Notes: generated by a model from the sequence alone, not told the origin. 64,000 nucleotides of DNA from Candidatus Bathyarchaeota archaeon (GCA_963714275.1 CAVQNT010000002.1:128001-192000); one strand, 5' to 3'; positions 30,947-41,432 are shown, numbered from the stretch's first letter. A program made the numbers and translations.

Positions 30947-31058
30947 TTAATTTTTAAAAAAAATAGTCGTTGTTCTATACATACCCCCTCCCCCTTTATT
31001 CACTGAGGTCTTAAATATCAACTGACAGAGCCTCTAGGCAGACGAGAGTGATGACATA

Positions 31059-31280
31059 TTGATGAAGAGAAGCCGCATTTCGCAACAAAAAATTGAAACG
31101 ACTATGGACGCTTCTGATGATAAGCCGTCAGGAGCTGAAACATGCATGAACCCGTGGAACGGCAAATGCTTAAACACGAACATTTCATTGTACATTATGT
31201 ACAAGGGCAGCCGCCTTCCGATTTGCAGGAAATGCTGGGAGGTAATCTCGTCTAACGATTACGAATGGATGTATGATTAA
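31059..31280 (+). CDS. Small Cys-rich (Zn-binding) hypothetical protein upstream of radA
   Basis: CMNPW..C..LPICRKCW, stop abuts the radA ATG. Confidence 0.6.
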   Translation: MMKRSRISQQKIETTMDASDDKPSGAETCMNPWNGKCLNTNISLYIMYKGSRLPICRKCWEVISSNDYEWMYD

Positions 31281-32265
31281 ATGTCAGAAAACCTCGAATC
31301 CCTGAACGGCGTAGGCTCAACCACAGCATCTAAGCTGAGAGCTTCAGGCTACACGACGATAGAAGCAGTCGCAGTTACTCCACCACGCGAAATAATGGAG
31401 AAAACGAACCTAGGCTTCAACACGATACTGAAGATTCAAGAAGCCGCCAGACAAATGGTCGCCACCGATTTTAAAACAGACTCATGAATTTTATGAAAAA
31501 AGGCAGGCAATGAAGAAATGCACCACTGGCAGCAGAAAACTTAACGAGATTCTGGGCGGAGGAATAGAAACCCAAGCCCTAACTGAACTGATAGGAGAGT
31601 TCGGCTCGGGAAAAACCCAGATTTGTCTAATGCTTTCCGTTACTTCGCAGCTTCCGCATGAGCAGGGAGGCTTCGGAGGAAACGTTGCCTTCATTGACAC
31701 TGAAGGAACCTTTATGCCTGAACGGGTCTACCAAATCGCCACAGCAAACGGGCTTGACCCGCAGAAGGTGGCAGACAACATACTCGTTGCAAGGGCCTAC
31801 AACAGCAGCCACCAGTGTCTCTTGATTGATAGGTTGTTCACGCTTTGCCCAGAAAACAACATAAAACTCGTAATCGTGGACAGCATGATCAGCCACTTCA
31901 GGGGAGAATACGTTGGACGCGAAACACTTGCGGAACGCCAACAGAAACTGAACCAGTACCTTCACAAGCTCATTAGGCTGTCCGAAGCCTACAACATAGC
32001 CGTCGTCGTCACAAACCAGGTTCAAGCCAACCCAACAGCTTTCTTCGGAGACCCAAACAGGCCAGCTGGAGGAAACATCATGGCTCACGCCTGCACCCAT
32101 AGAGTCTACCTGCGCAAGGGAAGCAAAGGCACACGAATCGCTAGAGTGATCGACAGCCCATGCCTTCCTGAGGTTCCAGCCCGTTTCCTAGTTTCCGAAA
32201 AAGGCGTAGAGGACACGCAGGAAGAAGGAGACGACAACTCGGACCAAGACGCTGACGCCCTCTAA
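31281..32265 (+). CDS. radA: DNA repair and recombination protein RadA, frameshifted near 31480
   Basis: N-terminal HhH (LNGVGSTTA), GEFGSGKTQ, IDTEGTF, LAERQQKL, GGNIMAH. Confidence 0.95.
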
Positions 32266-33321
32266 TCCGCCTTCACAATCTTATAACCCGACGCCTTCCT
32301 AAGTCTATTCATGACCGCGAGACCTAAACCTTCTAGTGGTACACTCTCGGCAACAATAACGTCTACTTTTTCCTCGTCGAATTTCCTGAGAAGACCAAAA
32401 AGGTTCTTGGCTGCAGACGCTGAGTCTGTCCTTTTTCCCAGTGACTTAATTATATTTGCACTATAGTCAGACACGGTTTCATCAGTTGCCAAAATACCTA
32501 CCTTTCTTTCCGACCTTTTTTGTGAATCCGCAATTTGCTGAACCTTCTTCATCATGGCTTCAAGCGTTCCCTCAACAAGAATTAGTTTAGCTTTCGGTGC
32601 GTAATGCCTGTGTTTCATGCCTGGAGACGGCACTTTAGCTAATCGAGTCCCTTTTCTCGCCAAGATAGACGGATGCAGCTCAACTTTTCCCAACGCTTCC
32701 AACAGTTCTTCGTACGGTGTTCCTCCTGGTCTCAGAATTTGGGGAGGGTCAACGGTCATGTCGAGTACGGTTGATTCGACGCCTATATCTGCGGGTCCAC
32801 CGTCCAGAATCATTTCTATCCTTCCGTCCAAGTCCTGTTTCACATGTTCCGCCGTGGTTGGGCTTGGTCGTCCCGAAAGGTTGGCGCTTGGAGCCGCTAT
32901 GGGCACGCCTGATTCTCTGATTAAGGCTAAGGCGACTTTGTGGCTGGGCATTCTCACAGCCACCGTGTCTAAACCTCCCGTTGTGGCGTCAGGCACCTTC
33001 TCCAAAGCCTTCAGCACCAAAGTCAACGGTCCAGGCCAGAACAGGTCCATCAGTTTCTCAGTCTTTCGAAGGAACCTCCTTAGCCAGTTGAAGGATGTCC
33101 TGTTTGCTGGCTACGTGAATTATTATGGGGTTGTCCAATGGTCTTTTCTTTGCCGCGTAGATTCGTCTTACAGCTTCCGTGTTCATGGCGTCTGCTCCGA
33201 GGCCGTAGACTGTTTCTGTTGGGAACGCAACCAGTCTTCCCTTCTTGATTGTTTGGGCTGCTGAACGGATCTTCGCAGTTTCGGGTTTTTCGCAGTTCAC
33301 TTTTAGGATGATTGTGTGCAA
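32262..33321 (-). CDS. sua5: Threonylcarbamoyl-AMP synthase Sua5, frameshifted near 33062
   Basis: VAFPTETVYGLGA, FWPGPLT, APSANLSGRPSPT, PGMKHRHYAP. Confidence 0.93.
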
Positions 33322-33408
33322 AGTTTTTCAGTCTTCCAGAGGTTGAAGAGGCGGATTAATGTTTTAATGAAGGCGGATTTCTTCTTGTTTCAGTAAACCT
33401 TTATCCTC

Positions 33409-33864
33409 GTGTTGTGGCTTAAAGACTGTGTGTTGGAGGTTTTTTTGTGCTGGTTCGTGATGGCCACAATTCGGAGAAAGAGTTCAATTTTTCACTGGAA
33501 CATGAGAGCTTGTCAGTGTATACTTTTGGACCGCGACTTGGCAGCTTTAGGAGACGCGTACGTCAATTTCCTTTACTCTCTGGCTCTTTCAAATAGGCAC
33601 CATAAGCCTATTGGTAGAAAAGTTGACAGTTCAATTCTCGCAGTTTCCGTTAGAAAGGCGGGGTTACGGGCGATTTTGCCTTCGAGGACTGACAGGCATA
33701 AGCAGGCGGATGCTGCGGAGGCGTTGATCGTTTATTCTTGGCTGAAGGGCGTTGTTTCGCTTGATGAAGCCGTCCACATATTAGAGAAAGAGGAAAATAT
33801 GGAAGAGGCTTTCAGCGTCTTATTGCGGACGGTCGTTGAGAGACTGAAGATGGAGAAAGTTTAA
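33409..33864 (+). CDS. Archaeal ribonuclease III-family protein (start uncertain)
   Basis: LAALGDAYVNF and ADAAEAL RNase III-like signatures. Confidence 0.7.
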   Translation: MLWLKDCVLEVFLCWFVMATIRRKSSIFHWNMRACQCILLDRDLAALGDAYVNFLYSLALSNRHHKPIGRKVDSSILAVSVRKAGLRAILPSRTDRHKQADAAEALIVYSWLKGVVSLDEAVHILEKEENMEEAFSVLLRTVVERLKMEKV

Positions 33865-33925
33865 TACCTCATTAAACGATTTTTAAAATGCAATAAATGC
33901 AGTCATCTTTCCAGAAGGTTGGCTA

Positions 33926-34234
33926 ATGAGCGAGGTTTTGACCCCCGTCGTGTACCAGTTGGGAATCGGCGGATTTTTAGGCTTCTTCGTCGGATATGCC
34001 ATAAAAAAGATGACGAAGGTTTTAGCTGTCCTTATTGGTATAGGCGCTCTCATCCTCATCTATTTGGGGTATGAAGGCATCATCAGCATAAACTATGACA
34101 AGCTGGTTGAGATGATTGAGCGCCTGATGGGAACGGCAAGCCAAGCCTCAACTGTTTTGACGCCTATAATTGCGAATCTGCCTTTCGCTGGAAGCTTCAT
34201 CGCAGGCTTAGCTGTCGGCATAAAACTTGGATAA
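33926..34234 (+). CDS. FUN14-family membrane protein
   Basis: GGFLGFFVGYAIKK, GIISINY, LPFAGSF..G..VG. Confidence 0.85.
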   Translation: MSEVLTPVVYQLGIGGFLGFFVGYAIKKMTKVLAVLIGIGALILIYLGYEGIISINYDKLVEMIERLMGTASQASTVLTPIIANLPFAGSFIAGLAVGIKLG

Positions 34235-34301
34235 AAAACTGTTTCTTTTTTTCTTGAATATCCTGAAAAAGGATGTTTAAAGGACTAAATTTTTATTTTG
34301 T

Positions 34302-34601
34302 TTATTCCTTAAGTGCAGTAGCGAAGGCTTCGTTGAGTTCTTTGCCTCGTTGAAGGATTTTTTCGCATGCTTCTTTCAGGGCTTCTTCTGGCTTTTTTCC
34401 TTTGCCTGTTCGGACCGTGACTATCGTATTAGAAATTAGCGGATGTATCATGTTGTAACCTGCGAACTCAACCTTTTCGTCTTCCAGAAGAACTGACTCC
34501 AGCAGATTGCAGAAGGTGTGTCCTTCGCCTTCAACCTCAACCTTCATTTCGCGGTCGGATTTTTCAAGAACTTTTAACTGCATCGGTGTTTCCTCTTTCA
34601 C
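34302..34601 (-). CDS. rpoL: RNA polymerase subunit Rpo11 (L)
   Basis: EGEGHTFCNLL, AGY..IHPL. Confidence 0.93.
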   Translation of the reverse strand: MKEETPMQLKVLEKSDREMKVEVEGEGHTFCNLLESVLLEDEKVEFAGYNMIHPLISNTIVTVRTGKGKKPEEALKEACEKILQRGKELNEAFATALKE

Positions 34602-35170
34602 AGTGTTCCTTTACCGTAATCTAGGGCAATCTTCCGTCTTTCGATATAGTCGCACTCTTCGCATTTTAGTTCGTTGCGACTTAATGATAGGATGCCTCCG
34701 CAATGCGAGCAGTAGGCTAAGATTACGCCGAGGTTGTCGCCCTTTGTTGAAAGGTGGAACGTCTGGTTTTTATCGCTGATGACCTTCGCTCGGACGAGGT
34801 CTCCAGGCCTGAAAGCGTCAAAAATGTTTTCGGTGTACTTGAAACTCACGTCTGAGACGTGGATGAGTCCAGAAAAATGGCTTGATATAAACCTGTTTCC
34901 AACCATATTAATACGGATGTTAGCCATTGAGATTTGAACGCCTGTGGCGTCGCCGACGATTATGTCTCCTACCTGTGGGACGTTATAATTTTTGGCTGCA
35001 GCGTAGACTGAAACCTTTTTGTTGACGTGGTCCATCAGGACGTACCCGACGCTTTTTGAGTGTATGACGCCTTCTTCAACGTACGTGCCTGAGTCCGCGA
35101 TGAACTCTTCAATCACGCCGAGCTTCTGTCCCGGGACGACAAACTGTCCGCTCTGTCTGTTTTCGCTCAT
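34598..35170 (-). CDS. csl4: Exosome complex component Csl4
   Basis: VVPGQKLGVIEEF, S1 domain, GVILAYCSHCG..C..C..ERRK. Confidence 0.93.
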   Translation of the reverse strand: MSENRQSGQFVVPGQKLGVIEEFIADSGTYVEEGVIHSKSVGYVLMDHVNKKVSVYAAAKNYNVPQVGDIIVGDATGVQISMANIRINMVGNRFISSHFSGLIHVSDVSFKYTENIFDAFRPGDLVRAKVISDKNQTFHLSTKGDNLGVILAYCSHCGGILSLSRNELKCEECDYIERRKIALDYGKGTL

Positions 35171-35278
35171 AACTGTTTCAACTTTTAGATGTGCCGTTTA
35201 GGATTGACTCTAAAGAAACCATTGGAAGCTCACATATTCAGCTTTGCTGTAAAAGATAATCTGCGTGAACCATTTTTC

Positions 35279-35894
35279 TCAGCTGGTTTTTAGGATTCTG
35301 TACATGTCGACCATGACTGGATACTTTCGTTTCGTGTGGAAGCTGTAGGTGCGTTGGATGACGATTTCCATTTCTCGAATCTGGTCGATTTTTCCTCCGA
35401 TTCTGGGCATTTTTTGTTTAAGAAAACCGCGGACTGAGTCGCTTTTTTTGTGCAGAGAATAGACAACATCCACGATTTCCAGGGCTTTTTCCAAGAATTG
35501 GACGTCGGCTCCTCTTTTTCTCGTGCCAAAAGGCGGGTTCATTAATGCCGTGTCGAAGTGTCCCCTTACGCATTGTATGTCGCCCGCAATTAAATCGACG
35601 TCTGCATCCGCTTTCAAGGCGTTGCTTTTGGCTGCTTTCACCGCTTCTTTGTCTATGTCGACTCCGACAACCATTTTTGCTCCCGTCAACGCCGCTGAGA
35701 TTGCTAGGATACCCGAGCCGCAGCCTAGGTCCACAACGGTTTTTTCGTTGATATCATCGTTTACCCACGAGGCGACGTGCACCATTTCAGCCTGCAGCTT
35801 CAGGGTCAAGGGTGTATCCTTCCCATCTGAGTTTCGGCTTTGGGCTGGGAGCGAGCTGAGAAAGCAGCATTGAAAGGTGCTTCTTTTTCATCAT
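35279..35894 (-). CDS. METTL5-like (COG2263) RNA methyltransferase, frameshifted near 35790
   Basis: [27 protein letters not shown]. Confidence 0.85.
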
Positions 35895-35934
35895 GGCTGT
35901 TTCAAACCAGCGATTGGTCTTTTGGGTTGTCGGT

Positions 35935-36939
35935 TCACAACAGACCCTTTTTGAGCAGGTCTTCCCATCCTGTCTTTCCAAGAGCCACGCTGACCTCGGC
36001 GACGGTGAGCACGGGTTTCTTGAAGCCTGAAGACTCGTCTAGAGCAATTCTTGGGCAGGCTGTGTTCACGAACGCGTCTAAGTTTGGGAACTGCATGAGG
36101 TTGGCTGCGGTTATTTCACGTAAAGACAGTAGGACTGTTTTTTTGCCGTTTTTTTCGAGTTCTATCTTGATGTTTGTGGCTGCTTGAATGTTGGTTTGGC
36201 CAGGTTTCAGTCCAACTATTACGCCGAAGTTTCGGGCGTTTTGGGCTTCGACGATGCTGGTCCACCGTTTTCGGATAGTTTTTTGCGCATACTCGTCTAT
36301 GGCGTAGGCTGTGTTCTCGAAGGGGTCAGCAACCACGGTTGGCTTCATCGTGGCGAGGAACAGTCCAAGTGGATGGAAGCGTCCTCCTCCTATGTAGAGG
36401 AAGGCTTCAACCTCGTCCTTGACAACTTTTGCGTTGGCGTAGTCGCAGCCCAGTATTTGACCTGGGGATTTTCCGTGTCCCGTGTTTCCGATGTAGACCG
36501 TTTTTTGGGCTTTCTCAAGAATTTTCTTTGCCTGTTCAAGCCTGTCTGCGTGCTGGATTGTCGTAGCGAGCCCGATTTTTTTCCACGGTTGAATGAGTAG
36601 AACTGCCTTTTTGAGTATCGGTTCAACTTTGAGTTTGGCTTTCGCCACGATGTAGACTATTGGCGCTGAGACATTTTTTGGCTTAACCATTTCGGAGTGG
36701 CCATAGTGGACGATGAGGTCTGCTCCGAGAATTTCAGCATCGCACAACGGAATGTCGCAGGCTCCGTAACATGGGTCTCCAGAAACTTTTGCTTGGGCTC
36801 CAGCCTTCTTTATGGTCTCAGATAATCTTAGAGCTTGAGGTTTCAGCCCTTCAGGTAGCTGAAGTAGAACTTTTTTGGCACCCCGTTTTTTTATTTCTTC
36901 CTGAAGCTTGGCTTCTTCCAGGTCAAAGAGGTCGTTCAA
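35935..36939 (-). CDS. dph2: Diphthamide biosynthesis radical-SAM enzyme Dph2
   Basis: LQLPEGLK, CYGACD, HYGHS, GQILGC, TACPR. Confidence 0.95.
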   Translation of the reverse strand: MNDLFDLEEAKLQEEIKKRGAKKVLLQLPEGLKPQALRLSETIKKAGAQAKVSGDPCYGACDIPLCDAEILGADLIVHYGHSEMVKPKNVSAPIVYIVAKAKLKVEPILKKAVLLIQPWKKIGLATTIQHADRLEQAKKILEKAQKTVYIGNTGHGKSPGQILGCDYANAKVVKDEVEAFLYIGGGRFHPLGLFLATMKPTVVADPFENTAYAIDEYAQKTIRKRWTSIVEAQNARNFGVIVGLKPGQTNIQAATNIKIELEKNGKKTVLLSLREITAANLMQFPNLDAFVNTACPRIALDESSGFKKPVLTVAEVSVALGKTGWEDLLKKGLL

Positions 36940-37073
36940 CGTTTTTTCCCGCTACGGGTATCGTTTCTGGTTCTCGTTTAAAGCTTGAATTGGGTTTCAC
37001 TTAAGGGTTGTCTAGGAGGTCTGTTTTGTTCATCATCCGAATTTGCTGTTTGAACAACACTCTGCATTGGCTG

Positions 37074-37186
37074 AGACCTGTCTGTTTTGTGTGACATTAG
37101 GATTTTCCGTTTGCATAACAATACACAATCTGTGAAGACCTGTCCTGTTTTGTGGCGCACCTACTCTGTTGTTTTGGGACGCAAAT
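37074..37186 (+). repeat. Dispersed non-coding repeat, copy A
   Basis: Aligns in two blocks with the reverse complement of 63301-63390. Confidence 0.65.
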
Positions 37187-37364
37187 CCTGTTTATCATAT
37201 TGATTGTGAAGTTTTTTTTATGAATTTATGGATACGCTGTGGATTTTGGAAAGATTTTCTGGTCTGATGTATGTAACAACAGAGTTTTCAATTTGAGTAA
37301 CAAATCGTAGGCTGTGAAGAATGTGCTTTTTGTAGCGCGATTATTCTTTAAAACACGGTAGTGG

Positions 37365-38597
37365 TTACGTGTATTTTCCGTGGCGCTTTGTTATTTGGTA
37401 GGCATAATTAAGGTTTTCTGATGGAGTGTTAGGTGCTACGTTATTTCCTTCTCCGAAGATGAATTTTCTTCCCCTAGTCACGTTGGACCTTATTATTCTC
37501 AGGATTTCTTTTTCAATCTTTTCTTTGGGACCTTCCAAAAGGGTTGCTATATGTAGATTGCCTCTCATGATTACGTCTTCGCCGAGGATTTCTCTGGCTT
37601 TCTCCAAATTCAGAGGGAAGCCTGTATCCAAAGACCTTATGTGGAGCTCGTCTCTCAAAGTTTCGAGGTGCTGCTCCACGGCTCCGCACAGATGTATTCC
37701 AGGTCTTCCAGCGCAGAAGGTCTCTACAATTCTTTTATGCAGAGGTAGGACGAACCTTCTGTAGGCTTTGGGTGATAGAAACTGTATGCCATCATCGGCG
37801 AAGCCGAAGTTTTTGTAAGGAAAGATGATTCCCAAAAACTTGTGCCAAGCCTTCATTCTTTCTGTCAATGCGTCCGCCATGAACCATAGAAAATTCTCCG
37901 CGAAATCGGGGTCTCTATAGAGCATTTTGACGATTTCTCCCCCAGTTGTGGTGACAGCTATCGTGAAGGGTCCGTCCGTTCCTGAAGGGGTTCCTATGTT
38001 CCCAAGGGGCACATCTTTGAAGGTGAAGCCTTCATTTCGCTTATCCTGATAGTATTCGTAGTGGTTTTTGACCCTTGCCATAAATCCCGTGAATGGGTCA
38101 GGTATGCCTTTTGCCATAAAGTTTTTCATGTCTTCTCTGGTTTTAAGGAAAGGCTTGACGTCTGGAACCTGTTTTTCTATAAAGTTGAGGGGTGCTCCAA
38201 GCCAGGATGCCTCGTAGACGTTTTGGAGGCTGACGCTTACGTCCCACTTCTTGGGAAGCCCCATTTCCCAATCGCACCATACGTTGTGTCTCCTCCAATA
38301 CTCAAACTCAAGCTCAACCTTCAATGAGACTTCGGGTTTCTCGAAAACATCCGCAAAGCTGTAGCCCCAAATATTCAGAGAAGGGTCAAGAAGAACCATT
38401 TTATTGTTCAAGGACCATTGGACGGGGATTCTGTCGGGTTTTCCATCCTCAAAATTTTTCCAAAGCCTACTTACTTCCTTGTTGTGCTTCTCGAAAACCG
38501 AGTCTGTTCTGTCACGGGAAACCTTTCCTGTATCATTGCTCATAATGGAAACTCCGACTGTTGATCTTTTATAATGTTTTTTAGTGTGAACAATCAA
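37365..38597 (-). CDS. Uroporphyrinogen decarboxylase / cobamide methyltransferase (MT2-like) family protein
   Basis: GKPDRIPV, GPFT.A, ADD..FLSPK.Y..FVLP.HK, HLCG, GNL, NTP.ENL. Confidence 0.75.
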   Translation of the reverse strand: MIVHTKKHYKRSTVGVSIMSNDTGKVSRDRTDSVFEKHNKEVSRLWKNFEDGKPDRIPVQWSLNNKMVLLDPSLNIWGYSFADVFEKPEVSLKVELEFEYWRRHNVWCDWEMGLPKKWDVSVSLQNVYEASWLGAPLNFIEKQVPDVKPFLKTREDMKNFMAKGIPDPFTGFMARVKNHYEYYQDKRNEGFTFKDVPLGNIGTPSGTDGPFTIAVTTTGGEIVKMLYRDPDFAENFLWFMADALTERMKAWHKFLGIIFPYKNFGFADDGIQFLSPKAYRRFVLPLHKRIVETFCAGRPGIHLCGAVEQHLETLRDELHIRSLDTGFPLNLEKAREILGEDVIMRGNLHIATLLEGPKEKIEKEILRIIRSNVTRGRKFIFGEGNNVAPNTPSENLNYAYQITKRHGKYT

Positions 38598-38741
38598 TCC
38601 TCATGATTGTATAAAGCTTATTGTTTCTAGACAGAACCTTTTTGAATACTTCAGCCTTTTACAGTTGCCTTATGAACGAAAAGAAAAAGAGGCGAATACC
38701 TTGATGGCTCAGAATGGTTGCTAGACCTATTTCAAAAAAAT

Positions 38742-39065
38742 TTATTTGATTTCGATGAGTTCCATGGCTTCGTTAAAATAGTTTAGGACATTTATACCCT
38801 TCTCTGTTATCTTGTAGGTTACATGTGTTCCCTGGTTTTCGGGCGCAATCAGCTGCTGCTTAATCATGGCGTCGAGAACCTGCATTAGAGGCTTCCAAGA
38901 AAGATTTGTCCTGTACATGATGCGGGTCGGCTTGTGCACGCCTTTCCTTATTGCCTGTAAGACGTCGAGGTAAATCTCAATCCGTGACCGTTTAGAGCTC
39001 ACTCTAAACACCAAGAAGATAACAGTAACTGAAATACATAAAAGACAATGTGCGTATCTTAACAC
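38742..39065 (-). CDS. Winged-helix transcriptional regulator (true start probably downstream of 39065)
   Basis: KRSRIEIYLDVL..PTRIMYRTNLSW..YKITEKG. Confidence 0.85.
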   Translation of the reverse strand: MLRYAHCLLCISVTVIFLVFRVSSKRSRIEIYLDVLQAIRKGVHKPTRIMYRTNLSWKPLMQVLDAMIKQQLIAPENQGTHVTYKITEKGINVLNYFNEAMELIEIK

Positions 39066-39214
39066 GACACAATGGGCTCATATTAGAAATAAAAGACATG
39101 TCAAAATCAATGTTTGATAAATTATTGATTAGATCATCTTTATTTTAAAACCAAAAAAGAAATATCGAATCCTGCAATATATCTAAAGCATACAAAGCTT
39201 AATGGAGTTAAGGA

Positions 39215-39748
39215 TTGGAAATGGAGTTTTTTGATGTTATTCGAACCCGTCGCAGTGTGCGTTCGTTCAAGCCTGATCTTGTTCCAGACGAAGTGTTAAG
39301 CAGAATCTTGGAAGCTGTCCGCATTGCGCCGAGTGGAAGCAACCGTCAGCCTTGGCGGTTCATAATCGTCAAAGACGAAACCGTAAAAAAGAAGCTCATC
39401 CCAGCGTGCGGAGACCAGAAGTGGCTGGCTGAGGCTCCCGTCATCGTCGTGGCTTGCGGGCAAATTTTCGACTGGAACCGAGGCAGCTACATGGGCGAAC
39501 ACAGCGTGCTTGTAGACGTAAGCATCGCCATGACGCACCTAATTCTTGCAGCCAGAAACGAGGGGCTAGGCACATGCTGGATAGGATTCTTCAACAATGC
39601 TGAAGTCAAAAAGGTACTCGAAGTCCCCGAAGGCTGGAACGTCGTAGGGGTGACACCTCTCGGCTGCCCTAAAGCTGTAGAAAAAGCCTTCACTGAACCT
39701 GGACCCCGAAAACAGCTCAGCGAAATCGTGTCAATAGACAAGTTCTAA
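39215..39748 (+). CDS. Nitroreductase family protein
   Basis: RRSVRSF, APSGSNRQPWRF, GLGTCWIG. Confidence 0.92.
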   Translation: MEMEFFDVIRTRRSVRSFKPDLVPDEVLSRILEAVRIAPSGSNRQPWRFIIVKDETVKKKLIPACGDQKWLAEAPVIVVACGQIFDWNRGSYMGEHSVLVDVSIAMTHLILAARNEGLGTCWIGFFNNAEVKKVLEVPEGWNVVGVTPLGCPKAVEKAFTEPGPRKQLSEIVSIDKF

Positions 39749-39805
39749 CCACGATTACGGATTGGAAAGGAAGGAAAAAACATCCGTTCTGAACTCTTCC
39801 GCCGC

Positions 39806-40190
39806 ATGCTTGACAAAAACAACATCATAGCCGTGGTTGGAGCCAGCCGGAACCCCGAAAAATACGGACACCGAGTCTACATGGACCTTAAACAGGCAGA
39901 CTACAAGGTTTACCCCGTTAACCCTAATGCGGACGAGGTCCTCGGAGACAAATGCTTCCCGAGCCTTACGTCGTTGCCAAGGAAACCTGACGTCGTCAAC
40001 CTTGTTGTTCCGCCGCCCGTCACCGAACAAACCGTCCAAGAATGCAGACAGACTCAGCGTAACCATGGCGTGGATGCAGCCCGGCAGCGAATCAGAAAAA
40101 GCCATAAAATACTGCAGAGAAAACGGCATCCAAGTGGTCCATGGCGAATGCATCATGGTCCAGAGGAGACGGCTGCAGCAGCTGCTATGA
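39806..40190 (+). CDS. CoA-binding protein (YccU-like), frameshifted near 40052
   Basis: IAVVGAS..KYG, VYPVNP, then WMQPG.ES and ECIMV in the second frame. Confidence 0.85.
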
Positions 40191-40206
40191 AGGAAGGTGA
40201 ACAATA

Positions 40207-40752
40207 GTGCAGAGACTGAAACCGCAGGAAACAACAATCGTCGAGCTTAAAGCCAAAGTGGACAACCTCGAACCGTTCAGAAAAAAGCTCGAGTCCTTAA
40301 AAGCGGAGCACATTGGAGCCGTCCGCCAAATCGACACGTACTACGAGGTTCCGCAGGGGAGACTGAAACTCAGAGAAACCGAAGGCGAAAACGAGGCGCA
40401 GATCGTCTACTACGAAAGACCCGACGTCAAAGGTCTCAAAAAAAGCCAAGTTTTCATAACTGAGCTCCCGAAGCCGCAGTTCATGAAGCAGTTCCTCAGC
40501 AACGTTCTCCGCACAAAAACCATCGTCGACAAACAACGGATAATCTACAAAGTCGAAGGAACGCAAGTGCACCTCGACAAGGTAAAAAACCTCGGAACCT
40601 ACGTCGAATTCGAAAGACCAACCGAAAACACGCCTGAAACCACAAAGAAAGCCCATGAAACACTGGAAAAACTCATGGAAACATTAGGCATAAAACCTGA
40701 GACCCTTCAGAAGGGCAGCTACAGCGACCTCATCATGCAGCGTGGGGGATGA
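40207..40752 (+). CDS. CYTH-domain protein (class IV adenylate cyclase-like)
   Basis: ELKAK, QIDTYY, LKLR, HLDKV..LGTYVEFE, SYSDL. Confidence 0.88.
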   Translation: MQRLKPQETTIVELKAKVDNLEPFRKKLESLKAEHIGAVRQIDTYYEVPQGRLKLRETEGENEAQIVYYERPDVKGLKKSQVFITELPKPQFMKQFLSNVLRTKTIVDKQRIIYKVEGTQVHLDKVKNLGTYVEFERPTENTPETTKKAHETLEKLMETLGIKPETLQKGSYSDLIMQRGG

Positions 40753-40798
40753 AGAACAAAATCCAAGAAAAAAAAATAAAAAAAGGGATATACTGAAG

Positions 40799-41341
40799 CT
40801 ACTTTTTCAGTAGCTTAAGGGTTTCTCGGCAGAAGTCAGGTAGATCAGGCGGAACTCTGGACGTCACAAGGTTCCCGTCTACAACCACGGAACGGTCCTC
40901 CCAAGTAGCGCCCGCGTTCCTCAAATCCGTCGCCACCGCAACGTAACTTGTGACCTTCCTTCCCCGCACCACGTCAGCCTCAATAAGCATCTGTGGACCG
41001 TGACAGATTGCAGCTATGACTTTGCCCTTTTCGAAGGCGGACTTAACCAAGTTAACTAAAGGTTTCTTTGTCCTCATCCTATCCGGCGCCCTTCCTCCGG
41101 GAACAATAACAGCATCGTACTCGCTAATTTTCACGTCTTCCGCAGCTAAGTCCGCTACCAAACGGTAACCGTTGTCGCCAACGTACGCTTCCTTAGCTTT
41201 CGATCCAACCAAATCTACCTTGAAACCTGCTTCCTGAAGCCGATAATACGGAACAAGAAGCTCCGCTTCTTGAAACCCATTGTCAATCAGAACCAGTGCC
41301 TTCCGCATGAACATCACCAAAAACAAAAAAAAGCACAGCAA
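40799..41341 (-). CDS. pfpI: PfpI/DJ-1 family protein
   Basis: GFQEAEL, PGGRAPD, AAICHGPQ, TSRVPPDLP. Confidence 0.9.
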   Translation of the reverse strand: MLCFFLFLVMFMRKALVLIDNGFQEAELLVPYYRLQEAGFKVDLVGSKAKEAYVGDNGYRLVADLAAEDVKISEYDAVIVPGGRAPDRMRTKKPLVNLVKSAFEKGKVIAAICHGPQMLIEADVVRGRKVTSYVAVATDLRNAGATWEDRSVVVDGNLVTSRVPPDLPDFCRETLKLLKK

Positions 41342-41432
41342 CAGTTAAACATTCCGAACGCAACAGACAAACCACGGAAACAAGACTTGAAAACTTTTTA
41401 ATTTAGGAAACCCATAATCTTTTCAGAAAACT

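Noticed and set aside
33926-34234. FUN14 protein as a eukaryotic signature
   Set aside because: The family is broadly present in archaea and bacteria
36978-37160. 60-aa ORF in the dph2 upstream region
   Set aside because: Overlaps the non-coding repeat, and the frame is not conserved in the other copy
37013-37279. Degenerate CRISPR array (motif recurring about every 60 nt)
   Set aside because: Repeats are too divergent, there is no GAAA[CG]-type end, no leader or cas genes, and the inter-repeat sequence is partly shared with the 63 kb copy
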